A stretch of 64,000 bases of DNA, taken from an uncultured Actinomycetes bacterium. GTDB taxonomy: Bacteria > Actinomycetota > UBA4738 > HRBIN12. Shown piece by piece: positions 60,566 through 64,000 of this stretch. Both the position numbers and the translations under genes were made by a program. The notes under the pieces are model-generated. The model searched no databases and was not told the origin of the DNA. It saw only the letters and a list, made by a program, of their open reading frames with translations. The stretch is taken from NCBI GenBank assembly GCA_963831325.1, contig CAWHQA010000038.1, positions 161,978-225,977 of the forward strand, written 5' to 3'. Each line of letters starts with the position of its first letter. Positions within the stretch are counted from its first letter, which is position 1.

Positions 60566-61299
60566 GGCGCAGGCTCCTCGATGTGGTCTTCGGCCGTCTC
60601 GAGCAGCAGGCGCCGGAAGTGGTGCGAGACCAGCGTGGTGACCGCGGGAAGCAGCTCGCGGAAGGCGTCGACCATCTGCTCGGCAGCGCGCTCGTCGTCG
60701 CCCGCCGTATCGCGGATGGGCTTGCGCACGTGCTCGTCGAACAGGTCGACCGCCCGCTCGGCCAGGCCCCGCATCGCGGTATCGGCGTCGCGCGCGAGCG
60801 CGAGCAGGTCCGCGAGCGGAAGCCCGAACTCGAGCAGCCGCAGCGCCGTGCGGACGAGCTCGATGTCGGCCGAGGTATACCGGTTGTCACCGTCGACGCG
60901 CCGCCCGAGCCTGATGCCTTCGCGCTCCACCGCTTGGATCAGCGATGCGGGAACCCCGCTCGCCTCGGAGAACTCGTCGAGGCTGAGCGTCGCGGCAGGC
61001 TCGTCACCGGCAATCGGCAGCGTGTCGCTCGCCCCGCCGCGAGCGGTAGCCACCGCGGCGGCGAGGTCGGCGTCGGCAGGACCAAGCTCCCCCGATACGA
61101 CACGGCGGATCGCTGCCAGCGACAGCCCCTTGCCCTGCAGCGACCGGATCTCGGCCAGGCGCTCCACGTGCTCCGGCCCGTACCAGGCGACCCGGCCTTC
61201 CCGTTCCGGTGCAGGAAGCAGCCCCCGCGACTGGTAGTAGCGCACCGTGTCGACCGAGAGATCGCATGTCGCCGCGAGCTGTTCCACCCGATACCTCAC
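60562..61299 (-). CDS. MerR family transcriptional regulator with two helix-turn-helix regions
   Basis: An N-terminal MerR helix-turn-helix (MRYRVEQLAATCDLSVDTVRYYQSRGLL) and a second helix-turn-helix-like region (LDEFSEASGVPASLIQAVEREGI). Its stop overlaps the menG start. Confidence 0.8.
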   Translation of the reverse strand: MRYRVEQLAATCDLSVDTVRYYQSRGLLPAPEREGRVAWYGPEHVERLAEIRSLQGKGLSLAAIRRVVSGELGPADADLAAAVATARGGASDTLPIAGDEPAATLSLDEFSEASGVPASLIQAVEREGIRLGRRVDGDNRYTSADIELVRTALRLLEFGLPLADLLALARDADTAMRGLAERAVDLFDEHVRKPIRDTAGDDERAAEQMVDAFRELLPAVTTLVSHHFRRLLLETAEDHIEEPAP

Positions 61300-61338
61300 G
61301 ACCGGACACTCTACGAGTCCCAGCTCTTACTTTCCTTC

Positions 61339-61438
61339 GGGCTACGTTCGCTGCGCTCACTACTTGAGCCCGACTGCTTCCTCCTGGCTACGTTCGCTGC
61401 GCTCACTACTTGAGCCCGACTGCTTCCTCCGGGCTACG
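61339..61438. repeat. 46-bp direct tandem repeat, about 2.2 copies
   Basis: GGCTACGTTCGCTGCGCTCACTACTTGAGCCCGACTGCTTCCTCC(T/G) occurs at 61340, 61386 and, as a partial copy, at 61432, with an exact period of 46. It sits in the divergent gap between the merR start and the membrane-protein gene. Confidence 0.7.
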
Positions 61439-61449
61439 ATGCGGGCCCT

Positions 61450-62701
61450 ATGGGTCGACCTGGGCGCGCGGGCACGAGCCTCGGACTGGTGATCGCATGC
61501 GTAATCGGCACGATGGCGCTGGGGGCGGCGTCCAAGGGACCGTGCGCCTCGGGCGCGTGGGGCGACCTCCGCCAGTACCGCAACCTCTGCTACACCGACG
61601 TGGTGCCGTTGCTCGACACGGAACAGCTCCGCGGCCCGCGCCTGCCGTTCCTCGACGAGTGCGTGGCGATCGAAGCGCGCAACTGCGACGAGTACCCGGT
61701 GGTCACGATGTACGTGATGCGTCTCGCGTCGTGGATCTCTGGAGACGACTACGCGCCCTTCTTCTGGGTCAACGCCTTGATACTCACTGGGTTCGCCGTC
61801 GCGATCGGGGTGATGCTCTTCGTGGCGAGCGGCTCTCGCGCCCTTTACTTCGCCCTCGCTCCCACCCTGCTCGTGTACGGAACGGTCAACTGGGATCTCG
61901 TGGCGGTGGCCTTCGCCACCGCCGGTCTCCTCCTGTTCTTGCAGCGACGTGATCGCGGCGCCGGTGTTGGGATCGGGCTCGGAGTCGCGACGAAGCTTTA
62001 CCCGGCGTTCCTGCTGGTGCCGATGCTCGTGCAGCGACTGCGGGAACGGCGGCCCGACGGCGCGATCGTGCTGGGCTGGACCGCGGTGGGCACGTGGGTA
62101 CTGATCAACCTGCCGTTCGCGGTGATCGCACCCACCGCATGGCTCACCTTCTTCCGCTTCAACGGCGAGCGTGGGGCGGACTTCGACAGCCTCTGGTACA
62201 TCGCCTGCCGCCACCTGGAGACGTGCTTCTCGATACGGGCTGATCAACGTGGGGTCGTTGGCCCTCTTCCTCATCTCGAGCGCGGTCGTCTGGGCCTTGA
62301 AGGGCCGCCGGCACCCCAACTTCCCGCGATGGACGCTCGGGTTGCCGCTGCTCGTGCTGTTCCTGTTGTCGAACAAGGTCTACTCGCCGCAGTACGGGCT
62401 CTGGCTGCTGCCGTGGTTCGCCCTCGCGTTGCCCTCGCTCGCGCCGTTCCTCGCGTTCTCGATCGCCGACGTGGCCGTGTTCATCACGCGGTTCACGTGG
62501 TTCGGACGTTTGGAAGGCGCGGCCGGCGCGTCGCAGGAGCTGTTCGAGGTGATGGTGCTGCTGCGCGCGGCAGTGCTGGTGTGGTGCGTGGTGGCATGGG
62601 TCCTGCGCGAGCACGAGCCGCTCGAGATCGAACGCCGGGCGCGCGCCGCTGCCGGCGAGCCGGGGCCGTCCGAACCGCGGGACGAGGTCGTGCCGGCGTG
62701 A
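61450..62701 (+). pseudogene. Polytopic membrane protein (DUF2029/GT87-like glycosyltransferase) with a frameshift near 62230
   Basis: The N-terminal part, in the frame of ORF 61450.., has TM helices and the motif GVATKLYPAFLLVPML. The protein-like sequence then continues in the frame of ORF 62171..62701 (GLINVGSLALFLISSAVVW...YSPQYGLWLLPWFALA). Confidence 0.5.
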
Positions 62702-63859
62702 CCGATCCGCCGCCCGTTCGGCTGCGAGACGGGCTGCGCGACTCGTTGCTCGTGTTCCTCGGGGTCCGCCTCGGGTTCTCGCTGCTCGGGCTGCTGGCGG
62801 TCGGACTGATCGTGCAGCGCGAGGCGCCGCCCGCGGTCGCAGGCTGGGCGATCGAGCCGGTCACGTTCGAGTGGACCGCGGTCTTCACGGCTTCCGAACG
62901 CCAGGACGCCGCGCGGTTCCTCGCCATCGCGACCCGAGGCTACGACCCGAACGACGGCAGCGCGGCCTTCTCCCCCCTGTACCCCGCGATGATCAAGGCG
63001 GTCGCCTGGCTGCCCGGCGTCGGTCCGCTCGGCGCGGCGCTCGTCGTCTCGAACGCGTGCTTCGCCGGCGCGCTCGTCATGCTGCACGGGCTCACGAGGC
63101 TCGAAGGCATGTCGCAGGAAGCGGCACGACTCACGGTGCTGCTCGTCGCGATCTTCCCGACGGCGTTCTTCTTCCTGGCCCCCTACAGCGAAGGGCCGTT
63201 CCTGCTGGCGTCGGTATCGGCGTTCTGGTTCGCGCGACGAGATCGGTGGGGGCTCGCGGCGTTGGCGGGGGCGCTCGCGGCGAGCACCCGGAGCGTCGGG
63301 ATACTGCTCGCGACTCGCGCTCGCCGTCGAGGCCGTGCATCGCTCACGCGAGGACTCGCGTCGGGTCGCACCGCGCCTGGCGCGCCGCGCTCGCCGTCGC
63401 GCTCGGTCCGCTGCTCTACCTGGTGTGGTGGCGCGTGAGGTTCGGCGACGCCCTCGCGCCGTGGACCGCGCAGCAGAGCTGGCAGCGCGAGGCGAGGGCG
63501 CCGTGGCAGACGGTGATCGACGCCGGGAGCGCCGCCTGGCGATACGGCGGTTACTGGCTCGTCGACGTCGTGGTCGTCGGTGTGGTGCTGATCGCCGTGG
63601 TCGCGGGGATGCGATGGATCCGCGCGAGCTACTCCGTGTACGCGCTCGCGAGTCTCGCGCTGCCGCTCGCCTACGCCTGGCCCACTCGTCCGCTGCTGTC
63701 GATGCCGCGGTTCGTGGCGGTGATCTTCCCGGCGTTCTGGGTGATGGCTCGCGCGGTCGAACAGCGCCGCGCTTCCCGAGCCCCTGGCCGTGGCGACGTT
63801 CGCCGGCGCCTACGCGTTGCTCGGTGCGATTGTTCGTCACGTGGTGGGACGTCTTCTGA
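62698..63859 (+). pseudogene. PIG-V-like mannosyltransferase-type membrane protein with at least two, and probably three, frameshifts
   Basis: The GTG at 62698 overlaps the upstream stop. The frame mod 3 = 1 reads ...FLAIATRGYDPNDGSAAFSPLYP...FFFLAPYSEGPFLL... The sequence switches to frame 0 near 63310 (WRAALAVALGPLLYLVWW...MPRFVAVIFPAFWVMA) and back to frame 1 near 63780 (PLAVATFAGAYALLGAIV). The only in-frame stop, at 63857, needs one more shift near 63830. Confidence 0.45.
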
Positions 63860-63939
63860 GCGGGCCGTCGATGGTTCGCATCGTCGCGTCGCTCGAGCGA
63901 CTAGGATGTGCGGAACTCGGGGGGCCATCAGGAGGAAGT

Positions 63940-64000
63940 GTGACGATCAAGGTTGCGATCGCGGACGATCACTCGCTGGTGCGCCAAGGCCTGCGACGGT
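63940..64000 (+). CDS. NarL-type response regulator, 5' end only (gene runs off the window)
   Basis: GGAGGAAG then GTG ACG ATC AAG GTT GCG ATC GCG GAC GAT CAC TCG CTG GTG CGC CAA GGC, giving VTIKVAIADDHSLVRQG, a typical receiver-domain start. Confidence 0.55.
   Translation, partial: MTIKVAIADDHSLVRQGLRR

Noticed and set aside
62698-64000. Fusion of the PIG-V-like membrane protein to the downstream response regulator (no stop in the shared frame before 63940)
   Set aside because: It is biologically implausible. A GGAGGAAG ribosome-binding site and GTG immediately precede the receiver domain, and a further frameshift near 63830 gives a natural ...TWWDVF* end at 63857.

Overview
The window is a high-GC (~70%) actinobacterial-type chromosomal segment with dense, mostly operonic coding on both strands. 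I found no transposase, integrase or CRISPR array.

Gene content, in order along the window:
- threonine synthase (partial) and ilvD
- an amine-catabolism-like cluster: FAD-dependent oxidoreductase, amidase, flavin amine oxidase, a frameshifted amidohydrolase, and an acyl-CoA dehydrogenase
- a long minus-strand operon: PHP hydrolase, IMPase-family phosphatase, a family-5 ABC substrate-binding protein, two ABC permeases, a holin-like membrane protein, a NYN/OST-HTH protein and a DinB-like protein. An IclR regulator is divergent to it.
- a sulfur-uptake region: cysA/cysW/cysT/sbp, where sbp is frameshifted; a Na/Pi-cotransporter-like gene; an SsuB/SsuC-like ABC pair; and two DUF2292 small-protein paralogs flanking the region
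- a DUF2090 protein, an MFS transporter and LemA
- the heat-shock locus dnaK-grpE-dnaJ-hspR-GNAT-clpB, with a HAIR-like operator upstream of dnaK. clpB carries five frameshifts. Three tandem paralogous membrane-anchored genes sit between clpB and LemA.
- two cytoplasmic histidine-kinase/NarL-type response-regulator pairs and the 5' end of a third response regulator at the window end
- trpD, tRNA-Gly(CCC), nth, dnaB, rplI-rpsR-ssb-rpsF and panB
- a menaquinone cluster, menE-(exonuclease/phosphatase-family protein)-menB-menA-menD ... menF-menG-merR
- two glycosyltransferase-like membrane proteins with frameshifts.

Things worth a second look: the tandem array of paralogs with LemA downstream of clpB, about 13 single-base frameshifts that cluster locally, a DnaA-box cluster upstream of dnaB, the DUF2292 pair at the sulfur transporters, an ABC importer without ATPase genes whose binding protein has a C-terminal transmembrane anchor, a 46-bp tandem repeat, and several candidate regulatory elements.
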